From: Mobula hypostoma
Lineage: Eukaryota
Length of the DNA: 64,000 nt
Assembly: GCF_963921235.1 (NCBI RefSeq)
Contig: NC_086097.1
Coordinates: 142,850,001-142,914,000 of the forward strand
Direction: 5' to 3'
The position numbers and the translations under genes are program-made. Shown here one piece after another: positions 13,490 to 27,172 of the stretch; positions within the stretch are counted from its first letter, which is position 1; each line of letters opens with the position of its first letter. The notes beneath the pieces are model-generated. The model was not told the origin of the DNA and searched no databases. It saw only the letters and a program-made list of their open reading frames with translations.

Positions 13490-14185
13490 TTCCCTCAATG
13501 TCAGCAAAACGAAAGAGCTGGTCATTGACTTTAGGAAGCTGGGTTGGAGCACATGTGCTGAGATGGAGATGATTGAGAGTTTCAAGTTCCTCAGTATAAA
13601 TATCACCAATAACATCCTGGTCCAGCCAAACATTTAATATGACCAAGAAAGCATACAGGCACTCTACTTCCTCAGAAAGCTAAGGAAATTTGGCTTGTTC
13701 CTTAAGACCCTCATCAACTTTTATAGATGCGCCACAGAAAGTATCCTATCTGAATGTACCACAGCTTGGAATGGGAACTGCTCTGCCCAAGACTGTGTAT
13801 AAAAATTGCAGAGTTGTGAACCCAGCCTAGTCTATCACGACTAGCAGCCTCCCCTCCATGGCTGGAATCTGTCTATACTTCGCGATGCCTCAGGAAAGCA
13901 GCCAACACAAACACAGACCTCGCCTGAACTGAACAATCTTTCTTCTTCCCCGTCCATTGGGCAGACCAAAACTCGAGAACATGTCTCATCAAGCGCAAGA
14001 ACAGCTGAACAGCTTCTATCCTGCTGTTATAAAATTCTTGAACATAGACTTCATCTGGGGTAAAGATGAACTCTTAACCTCTCATGGTCATTGCACTTCA
14101 TTTATCTATCTGCACTGCACTTTCACTATAACTGTAACACTCTATTCCGCATTCTTTTATAGTTTTTCCTTTTATACTACCTTGA
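13490..14185 (+). mobile_element. Rex1/Babar LINE 3' fragment
   Basis: LNVSKTKELVIDFRK, FKFL, YFLRKLRKF-like coding remnants followed by a 3' UTR. Confidence 0.75.
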
Positions 14186-14345
14186 CGTATTTATAGTATA
14201 TATTTCAAGGTAGTATAAAAGGAAAAACTATAAAAGAATGCAGAATAGAGTGTTACAGTTACAGTGAAAGTGCAGTGTAGGTAGATAAATGAAGTGCAAT
14301 GACCATGAGAGGTTAAGAGTTCATCTTTACCCCAGATGAAGTCTA
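14045..14345. repeat. Long inverted repeat: 141-bp arms, 19-nt spacer
   Basis: 14045-14185 is the reverse complement of 14205-14345, with about 4 mismatches by eye. Confidence 0.92.
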
Positions 14346-14349
14346 CCGA

Positions 14350-14850
14350 ACCTACTGAAAGAAGCTGCAGAAGGTTGTAAATCTAGTCAGCTCCATCTTG
14401 GGTACCAGCTTACAAAGTATCCAGGACATATTTAGGAGGCAGTGTCTCAGAAAGGCAGCGTCCATTATTAAAGACCTCCAGCACCCAGGGCATGCCCTTT
14501 TCTCACTGTTACCATCAGGTAGGAGATACAGAAGCCTGAAGGCACACACTCAGGGATTTAGGAACAGCTTCTTTCCCGCTGCCATCCGATTCTTAAATGG
14601 ACTTTGAAGCTTTGGACACTACCTCACTTTTTTAAAAAATATACAGTATTTCTGTTTTTGCATATTTAAAAAAAATAATCTATTCAATATACGTAATTGA
14701 TTTACTTGTTTATTTATTATGTTTTATTTTATTTATTTTTCTCTCTCTCTCTCTCTCTGCTAGATTATGTATTGTATTGAACTGCTGCTGCTAAGTTAAC
14801 AAATTTCACATCACATGCCAGTGATAATAAACCTGGTTCTGATTCTGATG
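14350..14850 (+). mobile_element. Rex1/Babar LINE 3' end, 5'-truncated
   Basis: ORF 14398-14607 CLRKAASIIKDLQHPGHALFSLLPSGRRYRSL...NSFFP; ends in AATAAA plus a (GATTCT)n-like tail. Confidence 0.88.
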
Positions 14851-15519
14851 AATGGCAGGCAAGCATAGGTTTTCAATGTATCTTGATACATGTGACAAGA
14901 ATAAACCAATTACCAAAAGTGTGCCTCATAGTCACCTGAAAGAAAAGAACTTGCAGAACCACAAGTGAGTGCAAAGAAGTGGAATTATTCAGATTGCTTC
15001 CAAAAAGACTTGATAGATTAACTAGCTTCCCTGCATAATTTGTGATTCTATGAACATCTGATTCTCATTCCTCACTGCTTCCACTATCCACCTTTATTCC
15101 TTTTCCTCTGAGCTCTTTGCACTTCCTCTCTACAATTCAAAAGAAGGTTCGATATTGAAAGGATACAAGATCTGTATCTAATTTTCCATTTGCACTTAAG
15201 AGGCTACGCTTGGGAAGAGGAATGAGTGGAGAATTTTGATGTACAGAGCCAGAACAGATGGAGGACTATAACAGTATACAAAATTGAAATAATACTTACA
15301 CAGGAAAAACAGAACATACTACCCAATTGGCTTACAAGGTGCATACACTTCCATCCTTCTTCATATAATCTTAATACATACCTTTCTAATCCAATGTCCC
15401 TGTGTGTTTTGAGTTTTTCCTTATGTAATTATGCTATTCAGTCCCAATGCTTAGTATTTGTGATTGTGAGGTCCACATTTGTGTCCATTGCCTGGGAATG
15501 GCTTCTCTGAATTTTATTC

Positions 15520-16330
15520 AAAGATTCAAAGTACATTTATTATCAAAGTGTATGCAGTATACAATCCTGAGATTCGTCTTCCCACAGACAGCCATGAAAC
15601 AAAGAAAACCATAGAACCTATTTAAAGAAAAACATCAAACCCCCATGTGCAAAAAAAATCACGCATCCCGTAAAAAAAATTGGTGAAAAACACAGAATAC
15701 AAATCACAATGACATCGAAAAAGTCCAAGCATATTCTGTTCAGCTCTGTTCAGTTCAATCCAACACCACTGTATACTGTTATATCTGCAGGCTGCAGCAC
15801 TAGTCTGCCCTGATCAAATCACACAAAACAGCAACAAGAACGGGGCATCCGGAAACCAGAAACACATAATGAGAACTATAGAAACCAATCTACAAATTGC
15901 ATCAATAAAACCTTGCCCAAGGCCCATGGACTCCGGAACCATCAAGCGAGAGAGAGATAGAGAGAGACCACTCGTACGAAGGCACCTTCCTCCGGGAGCA
16001 GTGAGCGAGATGGAAAGAGACAATGTTCACACCCAAGTAGATGGCAATGAACCTTCGCCCACCTTTCACTCTCATCCTCATTGACTTCAATCTTCCTCAA
16101 CGATTTAATTGGCGGGATTGGTGAGAAAAGGCGTCGATCATGGGTTCGCACCCTGTCTCCAGGCTTCTTGGCTTCTAGGCAGCATGCTTTGTTTGAAACC
16201 TTGCTGAACTCCCTCAGAGACAGCAAAACGTCAGTTCGTTCAATCGGCCCGAAAACACACCACCAAAATGTAGTCATAGTAAACGAAGTGAAAGAAGTAG
16301 TTTCATGAACCATCTGCGTCTGAAGTTCAT
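15520..16330 (-). mobile_element. Non-autonomous LINE-derived element with Rex-type 3' tail
   Basis: Begins with the reverse complement of the Rex-like tail (TTCAAAGTACATTTATTATC); GC-richer non-coding body. Confidence 0.5.
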
Positions 16331-17119
16331 GATCATTAGTGATCATCTAATATTTGTGGCCTCTAAATTAGACCTTGATAAAAAAAAAATGCCTTATGTT
16401 CTTGTTGCATGTGTATGTTATCTTGTTTAACAATGATCATAAGAATAATCAATAATATTAGGATATTCGGGGGGGGGATGATTCTATGTGGAATCTAATG
16501 CATGTTTTACTTAACTTTCTGTAGTTTCACAAAGTTTTCTCATTATAAACCCTGAAGAAAGCTTCTGGATCGGGTGATTTTTGAGAAGGTGTTTAACTCA
16601 CGTCTGAATGCCATACGTTTGAATGTCAGCAGCCAACCCCAGTAACATAGATTGCTGAGCCCTGGAAGTTAGGTCAGAATATGGCACATCAATCACATCT
16701 TTGTGATGCTCAAGCAAAACCATGCTTAGCATAGTTGCAGCATGAGCCCATGCCAGAGCCGAGGTGGCAAGAATGAGAGCAGGGTATGGTCAACATGAAA
16801 CTGAAATGCTAATTGAAAAAACTCATGTAAACATGGAGAATGTACACACAAACATGGAGAAAGCTGGTGTAGAAGCTACATCGAGTGCGCTCAAGGAGGA
16901 CTATGAAGTTGTGGCTGCTTTAGCAGAGGCAAAGGTGTATGAAGCAGCACTGACTTAAGACAGTGATGGTCATTTCTCTAGGAAGGTGACTGAAGAACCA
17001 TCCATTGGTGCAAGTCCTCTAATATGACGTGATTGTTCAACATGTGATGAAATCAAACCAGCAGACAAAGATAGGAACCAGCTTTCTGCCATACTTCACA
17101 CCAAATTTTTACCCAATAC

Positions 17120-18020
17120 TCAAAGGTTCATATATTATTAAAGTATACAAACCTGAAATTCTTCTTCTCTGGGTAGCCATGAAACCAAGAAAGAAAAGAA
17201 AGGCAGCACGGTCATCAACTCCCAAATCCACCCCCTCCCCTCACAAAAGAACAAAAAAGGAACAGGCATGTCAAACCCCAAATTCCTCCTCACACACAAA
17301 AAAAGAACAAAAATGGAACGGGTAAATCAACCCCCACCCACACAAAAAAAACGAGGAAGACTGGGTGAAAAACACATAATATAAAAAACAATAAGACTTT
17401 TCAAAAATCTATGGTCCAAGTCCACATCCAAAACACAGAAAACCTGGGCAACGCTCTCTGGGCAGAGCAACAGGTTCTCCCCGCTCCAGTTGTGTAGCAG
17501 AGCAATCAAAAAGTAGGCACCCTCCGGACTCGTCTCGATGCTCCTATCTCCCTCGTTGCTTTACTTAGTGCATAGCAGAGCCTTTAATCAGTGAAATGGA
17601 GTCAACATTGGATTGTGCCCTGTCCCACAGAATGCCCACCATGATGTTCATGTACGTTGCCTGTCTCCTGGAATTCTCTTGGAGACTGCAGAATGTCGAA
17701 GCACCCAAACAATCTATAAACTTCCGCATCTGGCTCAATGCTTCAATCTCCCTTGTCACTTTAATCGGCGAAATGGGGTCGAACATCAGCTCACGCACCA
17801 TCCTGCAGCCTGCCCGCCATGAGGTTTGTGCACACTGCTTCAGTCACCTGGAATCCTCTCCAAACAGCAAATCACAGGCTTTAACAGTTCCAGAATCACA
17901 TGCAAGACAAAAAACAAATGTAAAGGACATAAAAGAAATGAAATATATGGTTTCATGATCTATCCAGAAGATGGTGACTGAAGGAGCATTGTACACAGGA
18001 GCCATCTTGACCGGAAGTCT
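17120..18020 (-). mobile_element. Non-autonomous LINE-derived element inserted in the BEL relic
   Basis: Minus-strand 5' end ACTTCCGGTCAAGATGGC (typical LINE 5' start, YY1-like motif) and Rex-type 3' tail. Confidence 0.55.
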
Positions 18021-18410
18021 GAACTTGCATCCTCTGCTTCAAATTCAAGCTCAAAGAAAGATGAACCCTCATTTAGGTACAAGTTGAAAAGTTCCCCAAA
18101 TCACCCAACTTGGGAACACAGTGGGGTTCACCACTTGATAAGAGCACACAAGGACTCAACAGTGCCCCAAGTGCATCAGTGGCTCACCTTTCAGCAGAAC
18201 CAACTGAACAGCCTTCAATAGCTGCACCAAGCTGTGGTGATAAATCACCATTGGACAATAGTTTGAGTAAGATGCTGAGACTGACCAGAGAAACCCTGGT
18301 GTAGAGTCAGTCTAAAAGTGGACTCCAAGAGAGTCATCTGGAGAGTGGTGGAGAATCTGGGGAGGGTAGCAAGGAGAACTAGATGAGCAGTAATAATATG
18401 ATACAATATA

Positions 18411-18547
18411 CCCTCCTGCTGAAAGGTCTTGACCTGAAACGTTGACTGTACTTTTTTCCATAGATGCTGCCTGGCCTACTGAGTTCCTGCAGCATTATCT
18501 ATGTGTTGCTTGCATTTCCAACATCTGCAGATTTTCTCTTGTTTGTG
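18411..18547 (+). mobile_element. 137-bp Penelope terminal-repeat-only insertion headed by a hammerhead motif
   Basis: Flanked by 8-bp direct repeat ACAATATA (18403-18410, 18548-18555); CTGCTGA AAGG tcttga CCT GAAA CGTT GACTG. Confidence 0.8.
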
Positions 18548-21119
18548 ACAATATATTGCAGAACACAGATGGACATATGGTCTCCAGAAACTGAGTCAAG
18601 AACCTATTGACATATTGGTAGAATTAGACCCAGATACAGCTGTAAATTCAGAGCCAGCACCTTGGGCTACTGGTTCTAGCTCACCTACAGCAGAGCACGG
18701 TGGGGATCCAGCTGAGCATCCAGATGTGACTATCTCTCTGCACACTAAAGAGGTGTTCTGGAATATCAGAAGTACTAAAGAGGTGTTCTGGAATATCAGA
18801 AGTTACCGGAAGCAGAGCTGGTGGATTTGTCATGAAGGCAATAGGAGGGGAGGTCTGCTTACCTCGCCAACTCTCATTGACTGTGACCATATTCCCAATA
18901 ACTGGGATGAAATCCCAACTCCTGAAGTGGCACACAGCTGTTAACATCTTAAGGACATAGCTGACAAGATCCTCCCATTCAACACTTCTGCTGAGATTCT
19001 CCTTTTGCTTGACAAAGGCACCATCAGTGCACATAAGGTACGTGAAGAGCGCAATGCTTGTCATGGTGCACCTTATGCCTAATGACTGGACCTGGGTTGG
19101 GTCAGAATGGGGGAAGTATGCCTTGATGGTGCTCATCAGCCCACTGTCATTGCATTTAAGACTAATGTCCTGAAAAATGGGCACCCAAAGCATTTCAGAC
19201 CCTGTGGGAGTAGTATCAATATGAAAGTGAAGATTATAGGAGTAGCCAAAGACAGCCTCTGCTGTGGTTGGTATATCTGTAAGCAACCCCTCAGCGCAGA
19301 GCAACTGAATTGGGAAAAGGTTAGAATCCTTCTTGTTTAAACACGGGTGAATTCAGCGTACGTGCAGTGCATCAGGACGCAGGAACCTCTTCCTATCCAA
19401 AATTACCTTCATGAACTCTGTTGACTTTGAGGAGATACAGCAAGTTGGAGGACGTATTAAGAAGGCACAACTCACTTCAGAGGGATCTCACCCATTCGTT
19501 AACCCTGTCAACAGTCTGCTCATCAGACATTACCATGAGAAAGTATATCATTAGGGATGACATTCTTGAAGTGGAAGCAGTTAGACTGTCCAGTAAGAGT
19601 GCTTCAAGACTAGTCTGTGAGACTGTCCATTCTTTTGCCAGATGTAATGAAATGATCATTTGACTTTTAGTTTCTGTAGTTAACTTTGACATTGTGGATA
19701 TCAGGCAGGGAGTGTTCTGCCTCTATAGGCGCTGTTCATTTTGTATGCAGTTTGTCTTTTACAAAGATCACTTCCTGTTTGCAAGATGGTTTTTTTAACA
19801 TCATTTCCTGCGAGTGTTAATTCGGATTTCAATTTGAAGCACGCACTGGAGAAAGACATCTATCTCTATCCACTCAGCAGTTTCACAAAGTTTTCTCATT
19901 AAAAATCCTGAGGAAATCTTCCGGCTTGGGTGATTTTTTTCAGAAGGTGTTTAATTCCCTGGCTAGCTTTGTACATAACACACTGCAAGGGCAGTAGAGT
20001 TACCCTGTGGGATTTTTTTTTGGGGGAAAAGTGTTCCAGTTTAGTTGATATTTTATGGTAGATATAACCTCCTAGTTCTGTCATCATCCCAGTAAAACTT
20101 TATGTCACTTTACAAGTGCTGTTTTTTTCTTGTAGTATGGATATCAGAAATGTTTGCAGCACTCTGTGGATGTGGTTGAACAAGGTTCAAGTCAAGTTTA
20201 ATGCCCTGTGCATAAATACAGTCAGCTACAGCTACACTGAAAAACTTGCTTGTTGTGGTATCAAGGCGACTCACAGAATATAAATTATATGTAAATTACA
20301 CAAGGCAAAGACTTCCAGATAGGATTTTTTGTACAAAATTCTTATCAGAGACAATTTATGATATTATAAAAGGCGGTCGGTAGTGTCTTGTTGAGGTTGG
20401 AGAGTTATGAAGGTCAGTTCAAGAACCTGATGATTATAGGAAAGTAGCTATTCTTGAAACTGGTGGTGTGGTACACTCCAGGCTTCTCCACCTGATGACA
20501 ACAGCAAGAAGGCAGCATGACCCAGATGGTGGCAATCCCACACAAATTTAATAGATCATATCTACTATTCAAATATAATCAGATTGGATTGAATCTGTTT
20601 TGTTTTCTTTTTACAGATTTACTCATACCCATTACTTTAAGTGACTGTTAAATATGTATTCTCAGGTCCCTCTATTTCCCGAGCCAACTAAGCAACATAT
20701 GGCACATTTCTCTTTTCGTAAATGTATAACAATACCCTTCGCAATGGACTGAAGTTCAAATGTGCCATTTAACTATATTGCATGCTCTTCTATTTTTGCA
20801 CGCCTTCTTATATTAAATTGTAGCTCCTCTCTATATAAGCTACCTCCCAATTTATGTTCGCAAGTGTTCAAATTATATTTCCAAAACCCGAAATCAAAAT
20901 TGTTTATGTAGATAGTGACACAAACACTGAATCTTCAGTCAATCTGTAAAAGACCCCTTGGAGAGGACAGCATTGGAATCAATAGGTGACTTTAACATGC
21001 TGTTGCTGTTGGCAGACCATGATGACAAAACAACTGATGCAAATCTATAGTGCCCTACCAAACACCCATCCACCCATATCCCTCAACCAGCTACATTTTC
21101 AACCATTTACTTGCCATCA

Positions 21120-22048
21120 TGGTCTTTCTCAACCACTTTGCCTTGGAGGAACCCTTGAAATAATTTTCAGGTCTCAGGGGACCCCTGTGTAAAAATTATT
21201 ATATCTGCAGCTCACTGTATGTTAGTATTTTTAGCCAAACTTTCTTGAAAAAAAACAGGCAGTTAAGCTTAGCTTACCTTTCTTGAAATTAATCTCTTTC
21301 TTTCCCTTTCATAAATTTTAAAAACTCATAAGTCAAACATAATAAATTTCTGTTAAATAACTAGCTTAAACCAAAATGGGATTTATTTTTTCTAAAGGTA
21401 GGGTCATAAATTAAATAATGGTTATAAATTGATTTTAATTGATGCTATTTACAATATGAAAATTTATTGAAAATTTGAATAGTAAAGTTAATAAAACTGT
21501 AAGTCAAAGCAATATGAATAAAAATTTAGCCTAAGACACAACTTTATACAAGACTTTGAAAAAACAGTTCGTTACTAAGTGACATGATCAGGCTCAAATA
21601 TAGACCAGCATGTGAAGCCTGTGCTTGTTTTTTGCTGGACAAGTCAGTTGGCGGCACGTCAGGGGAAATTGGGGGAGTTAATTCGGGAAGGAGAAGCTAA
21701 TGTCACATCCAAGTTGGGCGAGTCCATTCAATGCTCAGAAAATGCACTTCGCGCTCAACTGCCTACCATCCTCCTCTCCGTGCAATACAACACTCACCAA
21801 TTATCAACGGTTTCCCCTATCTTGCATCAAAAACTGAGAATGGACTCAACCAAATAAACATGGTCCCACTGCACACTGCCAGACTGGCTGAGAGACCTCT
21901 AACAAGATTGCAAAACGGGGCTGCTCGGTCACTGCCTACCACTGCAAGTGCTAGCATCGCACAAAGTTCAAAAAACAATGTTTTTCTTTTTAATCATGAT
22001 CTCTCGTGGAAACCTAGGGTTCTGCAGAACCCCAGTTGAGAAACCCTG
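21120..22048 (-). mobile_element. hAT-Charlie-type DNA transposon deletion derivative
   Basis: Ends GTTGAGAAACCCTG followed by GTCTAGGA (Charlie-like target); partial left TIR TTTCTCAAC; minus-strand LSSKKQAQASH at about 21610-21643 resembles Charlie transposase C-termini. Confidence 0.65.
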
Positions 22049-22414
22049 GTCTAGGAGAAGGAAGACTTTGATACTTAACCGACAGCCTAGTAGTCTCTGC
22101 AGTAATTGCAACTTGCTGTGCAATTGTGGAACGTCCCCCGACCTAAAGAATGGAATCAGTTTGTGCACACCGATCGTCACTATAAACCTACGTAGCACAG
22201 GCGGGAAGAAAAGTCCTACAGCGATGGAGTTCCCTCCTGATCTTCACAAGCAAAGATCCAGCCATCCATAAAATAATGCATCTTTTTTCTTTTTCTAAAT
22301 TATTCCTAAGTGCCACATACACCCTCCCTCACTATATATTTGTGCACATGTATCAAAGTCCCCATAATAATCCAGTTCTGAAGAACAATATTTCTTAGCA
22401 TTTCAGACACTCAC

Positions 22415-22505
22415 CAGATCTTGTGCAAGGCCTGAAGCTTTATTAGTTTTATCAATGAGGATGTACTTCCTCCGCAATGCAGCCTCAATGTCCTGTTCCT
22501 GTTGC
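22415..22505 (-). CDS. kif9: KIF9 exon: QQEQDIEAALRRKYILIDKTNKASGLAQDL
   Basis: CCCAAG|G CAA...CTG|GTGAGT, 91 nt, phase 2-0; resembles QQEQEVESTLRRKYTLID. Confidence 0.93.
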
Positions 22506-23114
22506 CTTGGGATAATAAAGGGAAAGGTTGTTTTTGAAAACGAACTGAATTATGGAAAAGGCTCACAGTCTAATATTTATTCATGCAGCTTCTTTTGCTA
22601 CCTTTTCCTTATCTGAACTGTAAAAATCAATAGGGATGTAGACAGCAGTAAGGCTGAGGTCTGGGAGGAAGAGGTGAGAAGGTTGGGGGTTGGGATAGAT
22701 TAGAACAGGCACAAAAATAAATACATTTGGTGGGTCAGTGCAGAGGGAGTTTGACTTTACATTGTATCTTTGGTGCACCTGCAGAGAAAATGATTTTTTT
22801 TTCAGGTAGTGTGGAGGAAAATTTGTTATATATCTGAGCACTCTGTAACTGATTTAGGAACATTTATACAAGAGCATAGAGAGCTTTGTTCTGTTACCTA
22901 ACCGCAATGCAACTTGTCTGCATGTACAGTATTTTATGGAGTAGGATGGAGACAGCTTCACTGTGTTGTAGATACCCTCCACCTTTATTAGGACGGTGTT
23001 AATTTAGTGGAACTTTTCCACTGTCGCTTCCCTAGGACTGTTTTATATGTAGGGAATCATCACAACTTAATGAGCATGTAATTATTTAAGATAAGAATAT
23101 ACATCAATACTTAC

Positions 23115-23170
23115 TGCAAAATAATCTTGAATTGCGCAAAGGACTCACGGAGTTGCCTGACATTTGTAAT
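23115..23170 (-). CDS. kif9: KIF9 exon: ITNVRQLRESFAQFKIIL(Q)
   Basis: CAAAAG|ATT...CA|GTAAGT, 56 nt, phase 0-2; resembles IISLRQIKEVFNQFRVVL; weak polypyrimidine tract. Confidence 0.88.
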
Positions 23171-25529
23171 CTTTTGTTTTAGAGAAAGAATTATAATGTC
23201 AGTGTTGGCATAATCAGCATAAACAATTATTCCATTTTCTCTTTAAGGTTATAACTTCAATCTCTGTGACAGATTTTTTTCTTAAAGAAACTAAATTCAG
23301 ATTTTTTGAACTGCTTTCATGGATCTATTATATGTCCTTACCTATATAGTCAGATTCTTATTGGAAAATTGTGGCATCTTCTCAGCTTCAGCATTAATGG
23401 CCAATACAGTACTCTCAGCAATTCTTAAGAGCAGTTTACTACCCAATTTTTCGTTATGTTACAAGATGGCTCAATATTAGTTTTGAAATTGAAAATACTG
23501 GATCATAAGTTCTGGCAGTACATGTCATCTTGTTTTCAACTAAACATGGATTAAAGAACAAGCTGATGAGATATATTATTGTACTCAAAGGAGACTGGCC
23601 TAGTTCAGACCAGTTTAGGTGGACAGGAGTAACACATCAAGTGAGTTGAATATGTAAAATACCCTCCATGCTTAGCTTACTTGATAATTCAAGACAGCAA
23701 TATTCCTAATGGCTGAGAACGTACTTGCCAGATTGTAGCAGACATTAAAACCTCCAGGAAGACCTGTTCTCACATTAACTATGATGATGAAATTAAGAAA
23801 TGCCCTTAGTTCATTTGTGGCTAAATCATTTCCAGATTTCTGCCAGACACATATCTAGGATCTCCCAGTTAAAGGCAGGCATAATTACTAGTTTTGGTAG
23901 ACAATTTTTCAAATTTGAATGTGCTGCATGAGGTGGAATGAAATGTAAGGGGGCTTGTATCCCTGGTCAGTTAAGTGTTTGGGATGGGAGGGGATGATGT
24001 ATCACATTGCTATACTGCGGTACATACATAGCATCAGTGCTACAGATCAACCAGGATTCAAAAGATCAACAAAGTGTTATTTCTTACAGAAACATCTGCA
24101 TGATGCTAAGCTCGGGCACATCATCAGTGATTCTTCCACTGAGCAACCTCAAAAAAATGTGTGTGCGTTCCAAATGCACTGCAAGTGCAATGACAATGTC
24201 CTTTCATTATCAAACCTCTCGAATCTGCATGAACCTTCAAAAATGTTTAAGTTGTGGTTGTAAGGAAAATATAGATAGTCCTTCAAACATTACAAACAAC
24301 ACGTGTAAGATGACAAATCAATAAAATACAAAAATTGTACAGATTCAGTTTCAGACTTAGATTTATTTATCACATGCACATCGAAACATACAGTGAAATG
24401 CATTGTTTGTATTCGCAACCAACAAATCCAAGGATATGGTAGGGGCCAGCCTGTAAGTGTTGCCACACTTCAGGAGCAAACAAAAATTTTATGACGACTA
24501 GATATTACTGATGAACTGAATGGCATGCTGAAGATGTACTTTGGATGTCTATATAGATTTGGATACACCCTTCAGCCAATGTTCAAGATTCTGAAGAATG
24601 AGTGTAGTGTTCTCCATTCTGGACAGTATCAGCAGCAAATATTAGGGCCGCAGAATGAAGATGGCACCAGAATGATCATTTAGGATTGATTCTGAGAAGG
24701 TGATAAAGATGAAACCCAGAACGTGACATCAGTTGTTCACAGTGATGCCTAAGTAAAGTATTTTCATGTAGAGAGAGATGCAAAAATAATGGTGACTCTC
24801 AAACCAACATAACATAACCATATAAATTAGGCAGTAACTAAATGAGTATTTTCTTATTGGTCTCCCATCAATTCTCATCTTCCTACTTATTAATAATCAA
24901 CTCAAAAGGTGAGTTGAAACCCTCACAACCAAGAATGGACAACTAGGAAAAATGGCGCAAATTTATGTGATTCAACTGAACAATAAAAATTAGACAACAT
25001 GGATTTTCCTCAACATAGGTTGGTATAACTACAAAGATTTAGCCTTCATTTTCCTATGCTCCTATTATGTACAAATATTACGACGGAACAGAAATACAAG
25101 CAAGTTATTACTGTCATGGTTAAGTTACCGTTGAATGATGGACATATTGGTACTCAGATGACCATTTTATATCCTCTCGTGGAGGGGCAGAATTAAAATA
25201 AAAAGAGAAAACAACAGTTTGTGTACTGAGAACACAGGTGTGAGGATGCAAATCGATAATGGGAGAGAAAGTTGAGTGCTTTGAATGGAATTTTTGAATT
25301 CCATTCCATTTTGTTATAAGTCTCATATCAGTGTAGGTCAGTGGATATTGTATACATTGAATATACAATTTGACAAGGTCCCAAAAGAGTAAATTACCTC
25401 TTGTCTATGCTATTCATTATAACTCCCTAAACTCTAGCAGATTTATCAAACATGTTTTCCTTTATCAAAATGTATGCTTACTCTACCCAATTCTATCATT
25501 ATTTTAAATAAATATTATTTTTAAAATAT

Positions 25530-25810
25530 TAGCTTTATTTATCACATATACATTGAAATATAGTGAAATGTGTTGTTTACGTCAAGTCAAATCAGCAATG
25601 ATAGTGTTGAGTAGCCCACAAGTGTCGTCATGTTTCTACGCCAGCATAGCATGCTCACAACTCACTAACCCTAAGTAAACGTCTTTGTAGTATGGGAGGA
25701 AACCCATGCGATCACAGGCAGAATGTACAAACTCCTTACAAACAGGTAGGAAACGACTCCCAAACTTACCTTTGGTTGTTGTAATGTGTTGTGCCATCCA
25801 CTATGCTACC
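25530..25810 (-). mobile_element. tRNA-derived SINE, same family as 46410-46710
   Basis: Reverse-complement similarity (GGAGTTTGTACATTCT...GGTTTCCTCCCA...AAAGACGT) and TATCACATATACATTGAAA-type tail. Confidence 0.6.
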
Positions 25811-27172
25811 ATATTTTCCAATGCCCTGTTAATACTACCTTCATAAATTATTCCAGCATTTTCTCTATCATTGGTGTCAAGCAAATTGGTCTATAATTCT
25901 CAGTTTTTTTAGTGAACCTATCCTTGCTAACTAACTCTCACACCACCACGCCTCCCCCATCTATGGAAACAAATGTAGAATCAATGGAGTTTCGGAAAAT
26001 GGCAACTATAGGCACTCCTTTCTGAACCCTGGGATGGTGATCATGGGATTCTAGGAATTTATCAGCTTTCAGTCTCATTAATTTCAGCAATACTTTTATT
26101 TTCTCAACTCACGCTAATATTTTCAAGTCATCATTGACTCTAATCCTGTTGGCCTTTACCATCTCCTCTGAAGAAGACTACACAGAAGAACTGCTAAAAG
26201 TAGACATGAAATGCTTCTTTGACTTCTCTGCCACTTTATTTTTCCCTGATAGAACTTTTTTAAGCCTCAGTAAGTTAGGGGTCCACATAAACTTTAGCTA
26301 ACTTACGTTTTACAAATCTATTGAAGATTTTAGAATTTGCTTTCTGTTTCTCACTGATTACTTCTGTATTCAACTTTTCCTTTACTTATTAATACTTTTG
26401 ACCCTCCTTCACTGAATCCTGAAATGTTCCCAATCCACAGGTTTATTGTTATACTGGTAATATTAGATACCTTTTCCTTTGACCTAATACCCAAAATGTT
26501 AACTGCTTATTCCTCCCATAGATGCTGCCTGACTTGCTGAGTTCCTCCAGTATTTTTTGTGTCACAAAGATTTCTAGCATATGCAGGACTACTGTGTTTA
26601 CCATCCCACACTTCTCAAGATAGCCAGGGCTGGTCTATTTTTCCTAGTTCCTCTTTGCTTTAATTAACGCTTGTTATTCAATTCACCAGGCTAATGTTCT
26701 AACAGAGAAAAAACTTATCTTTCTCCAGTGCTGATGCCATTACCATAATGAATCGAAACCCATTCATTCACACTACTCATTGAGCCATATATTCAACTCT
26801 TTGATCTCATCGATTTGATTTTAACACATACTGCTCAGGTAAGGATAATAGCCTTTGTTGTTCTGCTTTCCAATATATCAATCTAATCTCTCATCAATAA
26901 AACACCATCTTTGATAATACCTGATTGTTAGCCCAGATCTTGTATTCACAATTGTCTGACTTACAGACAAGACTGCTATCCTTAAGCAACAGCAATACAC
27001 AAAGTCCAGTGTATATCATTTAAGTGGGTAAATTAACTACAGAAAGCAAGCATTTCATTTGTAACAGAGCTTGTGATGGAGAATCAATGCTTGTCGTAGC
27101 CATATCTGTGACTCCTCAACAGTACTGCCATATCTTCTAGGTAAAAATTTTTATAAGTTTTCAGTCACTCAC

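Larger units (their letters stand above)
16440..19960 (+). mobile_element. Decayed BEL/Pao LTR retrotransposon with nested insertions
   Basis: Diverged direct repeats (GTTTCACAAAGTTTTCTCATTA...AGAAGGTGTTTAA at about 16524-16597 and 19880-19954); internal remnants PTLIDCDHIPNNWDEIPTPEVA, DIADKI, DLGWV..GEVCLDGAHQP resembling fish BEL/Pao polyproteins. Confidence 0.7.

Noticed and set aside
18681..19304. 207-aa minus-strand ORF
   Set aside because: Antisense to the BEL/Pao remnants on the plus strand; no motif of its own
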